Origin: Marsupella aquatica
Taxonomy: Eukaryota > Plantae > Marchantiophyta
DNA: 64,000 nt
Assembly (NCBI GenBank): GCA_973895155.1
Contig: OZ316894.1
Location: 7,402,234-7,466,233 of the forward strand
Reading direction: 5' to 3'
In this document: piece after piece, positions 1-10,550 of the stretch
How the letters are laid out: each line of letters opens with the position of its first letter
Position numbering within the stretch: position 1 is the first letter of the stretch
Notes under the pieces: model-generated
Seen by the model: the letters and a program-made list of their open reading frames with translations, nothing else
Told to the model about the DNA's origin: nothing
The model's database searches: none
Program-made: the position numbers and the translations under genes

Positions 1-1185
1 TAAGGGGCTTGCATGAGAGATTGCCCACAAGAAGGCATACTCGAATGTAGGTTTGTTGCTTCAAGTTTTGAGGAGAATGGACTTGTAGGAGATTTTCGAA
101 AGCTTAGAGGAGATGAGACCTAATCTTGTTGAAGTTTGGGAGTCTTGCATTAGAGATGGCTCACTAAGAAGGCCTACTCTCTTGTAAACTCCTTGACTTG
201 AAGCTTCGAAAGTAGATTTGGTTGATAGAAGGAAGTATGAGAGAAGGAGACTAGGGTTTTGAAGCTTGGATAGGCTATGGAGGGATTTTGAATGCTTGGT
301 TGATGATTAGACTTGGTGATGATTCATTTTTGCTAGGAGGGTCTTGCTTGTGACCCATGTTTTTACTTGGAGGCCATGATGCTACATGTGCCTTCTTGCT
401 ATGCATTTAGAGGAGAGGTATCCTCGTTTTTGAGATGTGTGTTGATGCCTTGCTTTGGCTATGAGTGATGGAATGGTTAGAATGAATGTCTTCATGCCAT
501 TTTCGAATGTTGTTGTGAGCTTGAAGGTGTTTTTGAAAGTAGATGGGTTGGATGAAGGTACTTTTGAAAGTAGTTATTATGCATGAGGGAAGTTGCAAGA
601 GTAAAGAGTGAAGACATTTTCGATTGATGGAATGGGTTGTTTGTGGATTGTACTTGGTGGTTCTACTAGAGGAAGGGACTAAGGTCAATTCCATGTTTGT
701 TAAGGAGTTTGTTGACCAACCCTAGGTCACTTTTCGAAAGTAGTTTTCCATGTTTCAACAGTTGGATGTTTGAATGGTGCATACAGATGCCTTGCATACC
801 TTTGGATGTCCCACTTGTCTTAGCCACAACCAAGAGTGACCCTTAACTTGACCACATTGATGTAAGCTTGAACTTGTGTACCTTAGAGGGTTGCAAGGGA
901 TTGTGTGCAATCAAGTGTTGGAAAAGGAATGGTGACCAATTAAATGTTGGGCTTAGACTTGTGAGGATTACATTGGGAAGCTTGAACTAGTTATTTTGAT
1001 TGTGATTGGATATGAGTATGTAAATGGCTTGAGTTTCGAAAGCATGCTTGCTTGCTTGTGATGATGTAGATGAAAGGTTAGGGTAAATACTTTGTCTTGT
1101 TTGCAACCGTTTCCTATCTCAAGCAGCCATACACCCTGCGTGTCCCTTGAGGACCTTTCCCACCTCTTTGCTTATCCTCAGGACA
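1..1185. mobile_element. Terminal part of an LTR-like element nested in family-A copy 1 (other end outside window)
   Basis: T/G-rich non-coding sequence ends ...TCCTCAGGACA (CA terminus) at 1185, exactly where similarity to family A begins abruptly (GCGTTGGGGGCG, compare 33978 and 60619). The TSD partner is not visible. Confidence 0.4.
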
Positions 1186-2144
1186 GCGTTGGGGGCGTCC
1201 ATTGAGGATCCACCACCGGTGTCGTGACGGTGCAAGGGCGCCGTTCCTTTTAGGAAGGGCGGACGTGGAGGTAGGAGGTGTGAGTGGGCAGGGCGGGCGC
1301 TGATCTCCAAGTTTAGGATTAGGATCAGGACCAGGAGCGACCCTGACACTTAGCTTAGTGGGATTGCGGTTCCACTGGTAGGAGCAACACTTGTGCTCCT
1401 GCCTTGCTGTACATAGGTAGATCCGGCAGGTAGATTACTGTTAGGTAGATTAGGCTTACGCTGCAAAGAATTAGGCGGATCCACTACCAGGATAAGTACC
1501 TGGGCAGCGGGGAGCTCAAGGCCTCTTCTTTAGCAAGTTTTTAGTTTGCACCAGCCGGGCTGGGATCGAGTAGTAAGAGAAGCTCTCGGTTAGTCATACC
1601 GTGACCTTGTGTATATTCATGTTTCCTCATGCCTAAGAGCTGAATAGAGTTGGCCTCACGGATTAGTTCGCAGAGCTTGTGTATGAGATGTACTGTTTGT
1701 ATGGCAAGTGCATGGTATGACTCAGTCAGAAGGAGTCATTTTGCTATTTGTGTGTCGCATTAACTTGTGTGAAGAGTGCCCACATCAACCAACAAAGGAA
1801 GGAAAGTAAGCAGGGGAGTGAGAGTTGGATGTGTCGAGCTAAGAGAGGTCTTAGCGGCTTAACCAAGCCTATTGGGGATCATTCCGGCGGCGGAATCCAA
1901 ACATACCTAACCAGAAGGAGAGGAAGACAAGGGAAGGCCTAGATTAGGCCGACTACGTATCTCATGACCCGATGAAGGATCTATCCAGTATATGTGTGTA
2001 AAAGGCTAATAGTAATAGTAGAAGGAGGTTAGCAGTGTCCCATGCCGCTAAGCCGCGGAAACGGCCTCGCCAAGCGTGAAACTTGCGGGAATCGGCTTGC
2101 GCTGGGGGGTTTCTTGGGTTTAGGGAGCCATGGAACGTACCACA
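1186..2144 (+). mobile_element. Family A solo-LTR-like element, copy 1 (3' 0.96 kb)
   Basis: Near-identical to 60618-61580; ends ...GTACCACA; interrupts the Sola-like transposase ORF. Confidence 0.9.
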
Positions 2145-3427
2145 GGTCTGCTCCCTCCAGTGCTTTACCTCCAGCTTGATAACACAGCTCGGGAAAACAA
2201 GAATAAATATCTTATGGCATATTTGAATATGTTGGTGGAGATAGGTGTTTTCTAGAAAATAAAGGTTGGTTTCCTATTGGTGGGGCACACCCATGATCAA
2301 ATTGATCAAATGTTTAGCAAGTTTTCTTCAAAAATTGAACAAGCGGAAAGCTTTCCGGTTGGACACTCTTTCAGGAATCATAGAGGAATCCTACAATCCT
2401 ACGGCAAAGATATTTTTCGTCGACGAGGTTGCCGATTTCAAGAAATTTGTGTCAGACAAGGATCAAACAAATGACAAGGATATGGATGGTCAGGTTCTAC
2501 GTACTCTCCACGGCATAAGTGCTCAAAAACAATTTTGGATTACTAGAGTACTCGAAGATGGAAGTGCTCAATCTGTATTCCATGCCAAACATCTTTCAAC
2601 GACAACCGATTGGGGGGAGACGGTGGATTTTGTTCGGTACATTCCATCATCTGGAATGTGGGTCGCACCACAAATGGCATTGAAGTCGGCCACAGGAGCG
2701 ACAGGAGACAATGAAGAGCAAGAGAATGATGCTGAGGAACAAGATGAGCGGGCGGCTCAAAGTTATTTGTCAACTCTTCAAAAATATCGAAGAGTAAATT
2801 GAAGATGAATTCAATTACTTTGACGACGCAGATCGTCTATGGTGGGGTCGTTTTTTTGACAAACAAAAAGAAGTGATTCAGCACCACCTGAAACCTGCAC
2901 AATGGAGTTTTGATTGGAGTTGGCCCAAGGTAAACGTACAGAGAGAACTTCCGAGTAATCCTACGGAAGCAGCAATGGAACCTAGTTTGGTTGATAAAGT
3001 AGCGGGTGTGAGGCCAGTCATGTATTCCGGAAGTCGAAGAAAAGTCACGGAAATTGGAGACTTCAAGGATCTAGAGGTGAATACTAAATTTGCAATGATA
3101 TGTGTAGCAGCCCATCAGGATCCCAAGGGAAGACCATTATGGATGGCAAAAGTGACTGAGATTCTCACAAGAATTAACGACATCCCGGAGCGGATTAAAA
3201 TCACTTGGTATGCAATGGATTCGGAGGAAGAGTCTGCAATTGAAGGCAGATATTATCCGGAGAAAGAGGCTTCGTCTAGCAAAGTACTGGAGGATGAATT
3301 GTCCCTAGCAGAAACTGCCGTTTATGCGTATAACTTTGTGTTATTGGCAAATAGTACTCTCCCTATACAAACAAGACGAATCATTCAAAATGCAATGGAG
3401 ACTGTAGTCGTTGATAGTCGAAGCTAG
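2145..3427 (+). pseudogene. Sola-like DDD transposase, C-terminal part
   Basis: Reads LPPVLYLQLDNTARENKNKYLMAYLNMLVEIGVF*KIKVGFLLVGHTHDQIDQMFS (LQLDN-x3-ENKN ... GHTH-x2-ID motif), then frameshifts into ORFs 2266-2802 and 2873-3427. Confidence 0.7.
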
Positions 3428-3757
3428 TTGCAGGTTTAAGTTATAATGGTTATCATTCCCATGAATATGTACAGTGGTTATCGTTCTGGGACTATGTACT
3501 CCGCAGCTATAATGATATCTTTTTTTTGAAATAATTGCAATGACAAACCAGTTAGAGAATAAAATGCTAAGTCCGATAAGATTATCGACAACTCCATTCC
3601 CCCAGCTAGAACACCGCGACAGTCCGATATATGCAAAGTCCGATAAATTTATCGCATTAATAAATGTGACAAAGGTTCTTCCTCATGGAATACAGAATCC
3701 GATAAATTTATCGACAACTCCATTGGTGATTGACATTATCCTAACAAGCACACGCAA

Positions 3758-6720
3758 CTAATCAAATAACATGTCGTTGAGATCATCCTCATTTGGTGTT
3801 CTGGGAGGCTCTTCCTCAGTTTCTTCTTGTTCCTCTTCGGTCTCCTTCACGACCTCAACTACGTAAGTCGATGTCCCGAGAACACCCAATTGGCCTGCAA
3901 TTGGTGGTTGAATCTCATGACCTTCAACGCCGTGCCCTTCAATCTGGGATTCTTCATATAAATTCCAGTTTGACTCCAAAATCATGATCCGGGATTTTAC
4001 AAAATCAATCTGCGCAAAACTCTTATCAACAGCACAACCCTGGCGAGAATTGAGGAGCGTAGCAGCTAATGTCGATCCGGTTCCACAACAAAGATCAATA
4101 ACCCAATCCTCTTTCTCAGAGAAATGGGAAACAAACCAAGCCCCCAAACCAACAGGCTTCTGATATGGGTTCACAACAAATCCCAACGGATCAACGGACT
4201 TATTGGTTACACATGGAACCTTGATGATATTGACGCGAGACTCATCCGGTTGGAAATTGTACATGTTCATGTTCCGAATGCCTTCCTCGGTATAGAAACC
4301 TATCGACCAGTTCTCAAAACCCCACGCCAATCGAGCTCCAGCGGGACGCTCATGAATGTTAGTCTTCTCCCAGATTCCAGCCTCGACCCCACAGTTGCAT
4401 ACACTCTCCAGTGCAGACATCACCATATGCGTTTGTTGTAGTGAATGGATCACAACAAACCTCCACTGCTTAGCGGTCGTCATCTTTGAGAAACTTGTCA
4501 ACATGTCTAAAATGTCCTTTTCTGTGAAGGCCACTTCATCAAACTCCAAACCAGGAGCATTAAAACCATACGGAATATCCGCAACCGCAAGGGTGTAAGC
4601 CCTTGGCTGCACAAAAGAATCCAAAATTCGAACATCACCAACATGGAGATAGTAGGGAAAAAAATCCCCGTCTGCATTTTTCCATGTTTGTTCAAACGCT
4701 TATGCTGTGCCCTCGCCTAAGGACCTCAACTGATTGTACTTATCGATTGCAGCAACCACAAAATTCTTAAACACATAAGGGATTTTAGCTGAGGGAACAA
4801 TAACCTCCCTCGCAGAATTATAAGTGACAGCCGGAACCACTTTCCTTTTCCTTTTTGAATTAATCTTCAACTGTAAAAATGTCAGACACATCTACAGTTA
4901 GAATAGCGTGAGATGAATGCTAAAGCCGATAAAAATCTTGCGATGGAGCACGCTAGCCAATAGATGGAATCGCTTAGAAACCAACAAAGGAATGCTAAAG
5001 CTGATAAAAATCTCGTGATGGAGCACGCTAGCTGATAGATGCAATCGCTTAGAAACCAACAAAGGAATGCTAAAGCCGATAAAAATCTCGTGATAGAGCA
5101 TGCTGTGAGAGGAATGCTTACCGCGTCACTCAATTTCTCCGCCCATATGCCAAGGACCGAGACATCTGTTTCGTTGGGAAACATTTCTCTGCATGTTGCC
5201 CAATCTGGCTGACCAGATATATGCAAAAATAGTTTCTTCACCTTGGCAAGCTTTTTCAACTTCTCACCTTCCTTGTGCATTTGATCCAAAGTGATCACCT
5301 TCCCGATAACCTTGTTCAAGAGACGCTTGACATGCTCCTTATTTGACAGTCCTTGGAGACCTCGAAATGAATTTAAGTTGAGGTCACCAGCAAGTTTATT
5401 CATTTTAATCTCCCTTACCGTCAAAGGTTTTACCTTTCCCTTTGCGTTCGTCGTTGCCACAATTTTTTTGGGTTGTCCTAAGACAATACCTTTCTCCCAC
5501 ATCTGGAAAATCTGCTCCTGAAGATCCCAAATTTCACCTGTTCGGAAAGCAATTTGGAAAGCCGGATCATGTTTGGCCATGGAGTCACAAACTCCTGGCG
5601 TGTACTCCATCATGCATTCTTGACAACATGCTTCGCGGACATCTTTAGTCGAGCCCACACCCATTTCAAGGAAAATATTGTGACAAGCATGAACTTGGTC
5701 AATTTTAGTCATGTTCTTCCGATACTCCTGGTCATAGTTATGCTGGAAGCCTAACTTTCGGACCTCGGATCTCGTAAGCCCAGCATAAACCCAAGCTTCC
5801 AGCTCACCATATATTTGCTTCTCGTACATTTTAAACAACTCAGACTTTGCCCGAGCACCATGATTCCCTCCAATAATTCTATACTTCCATACCCTTGACT
5901 TCAGGATGTCCCAATCTGCGGTTGTGGGACAATCCTTCGGATCCACACACAGCACGAACGGGGCACTGAAGTTGGTGGGGTTTTTCATGAGAAGTATCTT
6001 GATATTTTCCACATGCAATCTATCCACTGGTCTAATCAAAGTTGACAAATCCCCCTCCTCATCAAATATGAGATTGTCGACATGCAGAAGCACAATTATC
6101 CTTTGCACCCTTCGTTGCATCAGAAGACTGAGCTCTGCCTTGATCGCGTCCGTCTCATACATCGAAAGAGCTGTCTCCTCCTCCTGATCAGCCTACAAAA
6201 GTGTTGCAAATTCAATTAAGGAAAGAAACTGCGAGATTTTTATCGGAGTTCGCATTTGTTCAACATAACTCCACAATCCGCAATTCAGGAAATAAACAAC
6301 GAGATTTTTATCGGATTTCGTATTTGTTAAACAGTACAACGACGTAGTACTTACCAATGGCGCCGCAGGAACCACGATTGGAACTGATGGAATTGACGGA
6401 GCTCCATCTACTTCTGCAGCCACCGTCTCAGTCCAGCCAGTCCTCTTCCTCTTTGTGCTAAGTCCAGAACTAGATGGCCCGGATCCCTCGGATCCTTTAC
6501 TTTCGCTTGGTTTAACGGATGGTCCTCGACGGTTGCCCCGGCCTCTCCCACTACCGCCAGTTTCCTGGCTCTTCTTCCCACCGTCAGAGGTTCCCGCGGC
6601 ATCTCCCCTACCGCTACCTCTCCCTTTCCCTCTTCCACTTCCCGAAACCCGACCAGAAGTTGTAGGTTCGTCCACGTCAATATGTGTAGAGGATTGCAAT
6701 GGTTCTTTCCGCCCCGACAT
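3758..6720 (-). pseudogene. ParB-like domain / beta-class N6A-N4C DNA methyltransferase fusion (~849 aa, 3 exons, one nonsense codon)
   Basis: Exons 6720-6355, 6192-5122 and 4870-3758 join in phase 0 via GTAAG...AG introns. ParB-like RPVD...YRIIGGNHGARA; MTase motif IV LAVADIPYG precedes PYQKP and motif I VIDLCCGTGST. Single in-frame TAA at 4700-4702. Confidence 0.85.
4915..5100. repeat. 75-bp tandem repeat (~2.5 units) in intron 2 of the ParB-MTase gene
   Basis: AATGCTAAAGC(C/T)GATAAAAATCT recurs with 75-bp period (palindrome variants at 4926, 5001, 5076). Confidence 0.9.
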
Positions 6721-6743
6721 TTTATTAGAACCACCGCTGCCAC

Positions 6744-7316
6744 TTAACCTGGTTTCTTGAAAACAATTTTGCGGACAGGTTTGAACTCTTCACAAACAAG
6801 TCTCTTGTACTCTGCGTTCACCCTTGGAAGCATGATGGCATCACAATCTTGCACATACTGGCTGATCCAAGCCGAACCCATAACATTCATCTCTCTTGCT
6901 GCCCAAACTTCGGCAACAAGGGGATCTTCTGGATAACTGTCCATCGATTTCTCATCAAAGTTATCGAGAGTAACAATGAGAGATGTGAAACCCTTGCGCC
7001 CACACATTGTCAAGAAACTAAGGCCCTCTATCAACACTTTTCCCTCCCCATGGCCAACCATGAACTCGACGAGGGCAACAACAAAGACAGGGCCATACGA
7101 AATATTAACCTTCATCGATTTTTGCAACTGGACCCAAAGGATTGGGGTAGCACAATCTTCGAAACCCGTGGACTGTAATCTGGCGTCACGGAAGTACCAT
7201 GACTTCTTGATACACTTGACCTCTTCACAAATGTCTTCACTCGTCCAAATTGCATTGGTGAGGCTTGTCATGAGACTTTCTGCCTCAGCAGATCCACTCT
7301 TTCCACTAGCAGCCAT
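6744..7316 (-). CDS. Hypothetical cargo protein (~190 aa from MAASGK)
   Basis: Open frame with globular composition; stop lies 23 nt upstream of the ParB-MTase ATG. No recognised domain. Confidence 0.45.
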   Translation of the reverse strand: MAASGKSGSAEAESLMTSLTNAIWTSEDICEEVKCIKKSWYFRDARLQSTGFEDCATPILWVQLQKSMKVNISYGPVFVVALVEFMVGHGEGKVLIEGLSFLTMCGRKGFTSLIVTLDNFDEKSMDSYPEDPLVAEVWAAREMNVMGSAWISQYVQDCDAIMLPRVNAEYKRLVCEEFKPVRKIVFKKPG

Positions 7317-7772
7317 GGCAAAGTCTGCAAATAAACAAATTCCAATGCAAAGAGCGATAAAATTATCGCCGCCAATCTCACAGCACATGTGGACACGACA
7401 TCTCATCACACAAGGACAAAGAGACCGATAAAATTATCGCAAAAGTGAGCCTTCTTTAAATTGACGGCCGAGTGTACAGGTCGAAGAATCAACTACAGAA
7501 CCCTAAGTCCAAAACCTTAACCCCTAAACCTAAACCCTAATCATAGTTGAACCTCGCCAGAGTGAAGCGTTCGATCCGCTTCTTGGGCCATTGGGGAATA
7601 TGAGTGACGCGATGATCATAAGCCCACAGCCAATGGAAATCAACTTCACCAGTCTCAGGATTCACTACTGCTACTGAATATTGGCGTGATGGAATGTCAC
7701 AACAAGCATTTGTGCAGCATGGACAGATCTCACCATTGGCAAGGACGTTCGTCCACAGGCAACTTACATAGA

Positions 7773-8249
7773 TCAAGTTAAAGAGCGCACAGACCGGCTG
7801 GGGGGGAGTTGACGAATCTTGTATGAATATAGTTTCCCACCAGTGTCAATAAAAAACTCGGTGGCAAGAGGATTGTCCAGCTCGTCAATCACATCTTGAA
7901 TCTCATCGAATGCTCTACGTCTGTTGTCGGCATAGAATTTTGGCTCATAAGCAGGATTGCCCTTCACAACATGACAGCAGTGGAGTATAAAATGTCTTAT
8001 TGCACCGGTTTTCAGAAAGAGTAGGATAACTCTTCTAGAAAATCCAACATATCTATCCCACCGAATATAAATTTCTCCCCCTACCTGATCTACGTAGAAG
8101 TGAAATGCGTTATGGTAAAACGGTTTTACTACCAGCCTGCATATCTTTAAAATTAGTGACTCATCCAGCCTCCTTAGCTGGTCCAGCATGGCTCCATTCC
8201 CCCATTCTGGAGGATCCGGGTAGGGTACAAAAATGCGTCGCTCGAGCAT
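7773..8249 (-). CDS. Hypothetical cargo protein, 158 aa
   Basis: ATG-initiated ORF in the same-strand cargo array; overlaps the 7537-7776 Cys-rich ORF by 4 nt. No recognised domain. Confidence 0.4.
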   Translation of the reverse strand: MLERRIFVPYPDPPEWGNGAMLDQLRRLDESLILKICRLVVKPFYHNAFHFYVDQVGGEIYIRWDRYVGFSRRVILLFLKTGAIRHFILHCCHVVKGNPAYEPKFYADNRRRAFDEIQDVIDELDNPLATEFFIDTGGKLYSYKIRQLPPSRSVRSLT

Positions 8250-8556
8250 GGCCTGATCACCGAATAGAAATCAGGAATAATTTTTGGAGAACATACTAAT
8301 TACAATTCTACAAGTTTTATCCAACTTTACAGTACCTTGTATAACGGGCTGTGAAGCCAATGCACTTGTCAGCTAATCGTCCGAAGAGGCGCAAACAAAT
8401 ACACTCTGGACCACACAACCCGAAGTCAGGGGAGGCAGAGTCAATTACATTCAAAGTGTTTCTTTACAAGCTCTTCTCGAGAAAACCTTAGAGCACCCAA
8501 AATTGACTAGAGGAATGAGGAGTGCGATAAATTTATCGGATGTTCGCAGCAATGCC

Positions 8557-9111
8557 TCATCCACTCAGACTCGTCCATGCCATGCAAGAATTGTCCGCTT
8601 CCCGCTTTCTCCAAGATTTATCCAAACTCTACAAAACTGATCTAACTGCTCATACGAAAAGCACCCAAGCATATCTATGGGAGGGAGGAAATGAGTTTCC
8701 TCTCGGAAGACCAGAGCAATATGTATGTTTGAGAGAAGGTCGGCATTAGGAATGCTTGCGAGCATTTTGTTTGTCATTGATCTCACGGACTGCATATTTC
8801 AATAGCGCCCAAAATCGTGTACCAACAACAAGATGGTTCCATTTCTTCGAGGTGGCTCCAAGACAAATGATTGTTCTCATTCGAGTCAGTCATTCTTCTG
8901 GTAGAAGTTTTCGGTCAAGGCCAAGGTGTTCATCTTGTGTGCAAGACAAGGCTAGGAGGGGCCAAATGTGAGATTCAACGAGTTCATCGGGAAGTCCATT
9001 CAACAAACTTCCGCATTCCACACCGGGCACTTTTCCTCGAATATATTTCCTACGCTCGTGGGCTAAAACGGATCCCATCTTTGCAACGATTAGATTCTCC
9101 GATGCAGCCAT
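8557..9111 (-). pseudogene. F-box-like protein with nonsense codons
   Basis: SLLNGLPDELVESHIWPLL...; reading through the TGA at 8890-8892 gives in-frame ICLGATSKKWNHLV, matching the F-box LPxEL...L-x2-(V/T)SKxW pattern. Further in-frame TAA, TGA and TAG downstream. Confidence 0.55.
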
Positions 9112-9305
9112 GAAGCAGAGCTACCAAAACCACCAATAAAAATACCTTCAATCACCAGGTGTAACTGAACACATCCACAGTACCAACCCTGCACGATAGT
9201 TTAATGATTAGGACTCATGACGTATTATATTCGCTGCGCAAGGGTAGGACTTGTTTATTTAAATATGTCCTTCCAAGATGCGCCTCAATGAAAAGGTCGA
9301 AATAC

Positions 9306-9635
9306 TCATCGTGAAAGGTTCACCCAAGGGTCTTCGTTCCAAATCTTACAACAGAAGTGAGCCTGTTTGTGGTACTTGTTGTCAAGACGACGACAACAAT
9401 AGTTACAAGAAAACTCCAAAGAATGTAAACACGCCGTTAACATCAACCTCGAACGAATTGGAACTCCTGCATCATTCATTCCACAGAATTCAATGCGAAG
9501 AAGATTCTGCATATCTCCAGGATCAGTACCACCCATCCACAATGCTTCTATACCGATGGGGAGAACTTTGAGTCGCATGAGTCTCTTGTACAACCGGCGT
9601 GCACATTTGACACGATTTTCAAGGAAGACAGCCAT
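9306..9635 (-). CDS. Hypothetical Cys/His-containing cargo protein
   Basis: ATG-initiated 109-aa ORF in the same orientation as the other cargo genes, downstream of the palindrome cluster. Confidence 0.3.
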   Translation of the reverse strand: MAVFLENRVKCARRLYKRLMRLKVLPIGIEALWMGGTDPGDMQNLLRIEFCGMNDAGVPIRSRLMLTACLHSLEFSCNYCCRRLDNKYHKQAHFCCKIWNEDPWVNLSR

Positions 9636-10550
9636 TTGTCACAATACCTGTTGTCCACGGAGTGCAATCGACCTTCCGTTGTGCCTCCTAAACCCGGCAA
9701 CACTGCGACATCAGAGATGAAGATGAGTCTCCAAAAAAAACAAAGGAAAATGATTCTCACAGGAGGATGCGATAAGTTTATCGCACTCTGCATTCGAATT
9801 GAAAATATGACTTCCTCAGACACCTAACCCCTGAATTCAATCTTTCACAAAAATGACAACTCCGATAAATTTATCGGATTCTCAATTACTCCTCTTTCCA
9901 TGAAAGGAATGAAGACTCCGATAAATTTATCGGAATGAAGGCAACACCTCTCTAAACACTGGATCAAATGATTGCAACAGAGGAATGCAGAATGCGATAA
10001 ATTTATCGCAGTTCGCTCGGATTTGGACATTTTACACTAAATGACTAGTTAGTCTTACATGGAGAACTTGAACAGGAATGGCTGTTCCGATAAATTTATC
10101 GGGTTTTCGGTAGAAAGAGTCGAATCGCTTGGGAGGAATGTAAGACTTGATGGGAGTTTGGTATTCACTCTCAGTCAGGAGATATTTGCTCTGGCGAAAG
10201 CAAATGTTTTATGGGCAGCCCGCTCCTCTTTATATAGGAGACACTCTAAACCATGGTTAATTTCCCCTTAACCATGGTTAAGTTTCCCCTTTACCTAGGT
10301 TAGTGCGTGGTCATTCTTGGATTACGCGGTTCGGACCAAGTTACTCGCAGTTCGGACTTTTTCACTGACAGAATGTAAAACCCGATGCACGTATCGCTCC
10401 CTGCATTCCCGCGGCGATGCAATGGAGGAAAGTGGCATTTCGGAGAGTTTTTTCCAGTTTTATCGGTCATTGCATTGCCTTAGAAAAAAAATGGGATCGG
10501 GCTAAACGAGAACTCCGGCACACTTCTCGGTCGGTCCGAAATTGTGTTTA

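Larger units (their letters stand above)
3573..10102. promoter_or_regulatory. Dispersed 16-bp palindrome SCGATAAATTTATCGS (16 copies including variants)
   Basis: Copies at 3573, 3640, 3699, 7354, 7425, 8524, 9769, 9862, 9918, 9994, 10087; CCGATAAAAATCTCG-type variants at 4926, 5001, 5076, 6231, 6299. All lie in introns or intergenic DNA. Function is inferred. Confidence 0.75.
2145..10550. mobile_element. Large cargo-carrying Sola-like DNA transposon (element 1; left part outside window, right end approximate)
   Basis: Transposase remnant plus 5-6 minus-strand cargo genes, all sharing one dispersed 16-bp palindrome. Sequence switches abruptly at ~10547-10552 (TTAA) into the middle of a family-A coiled-coil ORF. 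Confidence 0.6.

Noticed and set aside
4882-5121. Repetitive C-terminus (ACSITRFLSALAFLCW x3) of the 426-aa ORF as a membrane repeat domain
   Set aside because: It is read-through into a GT-AG intron containing the 75-bp tandem repeat.
3758-6720. Bacterial contamination or a restriction-modification/partition operon
   Set aside because: The gene has spliceosomal introns and is nested among plant-type transposons; no ParA or restriction nuclease seen.
9769-10102. Palindrome cluster as a CRISPR array
   Set aside because: Repeat is only 16 bp, spacing is irregular (56-93 bp), there are no cas genes, and the context is eukaryotic.
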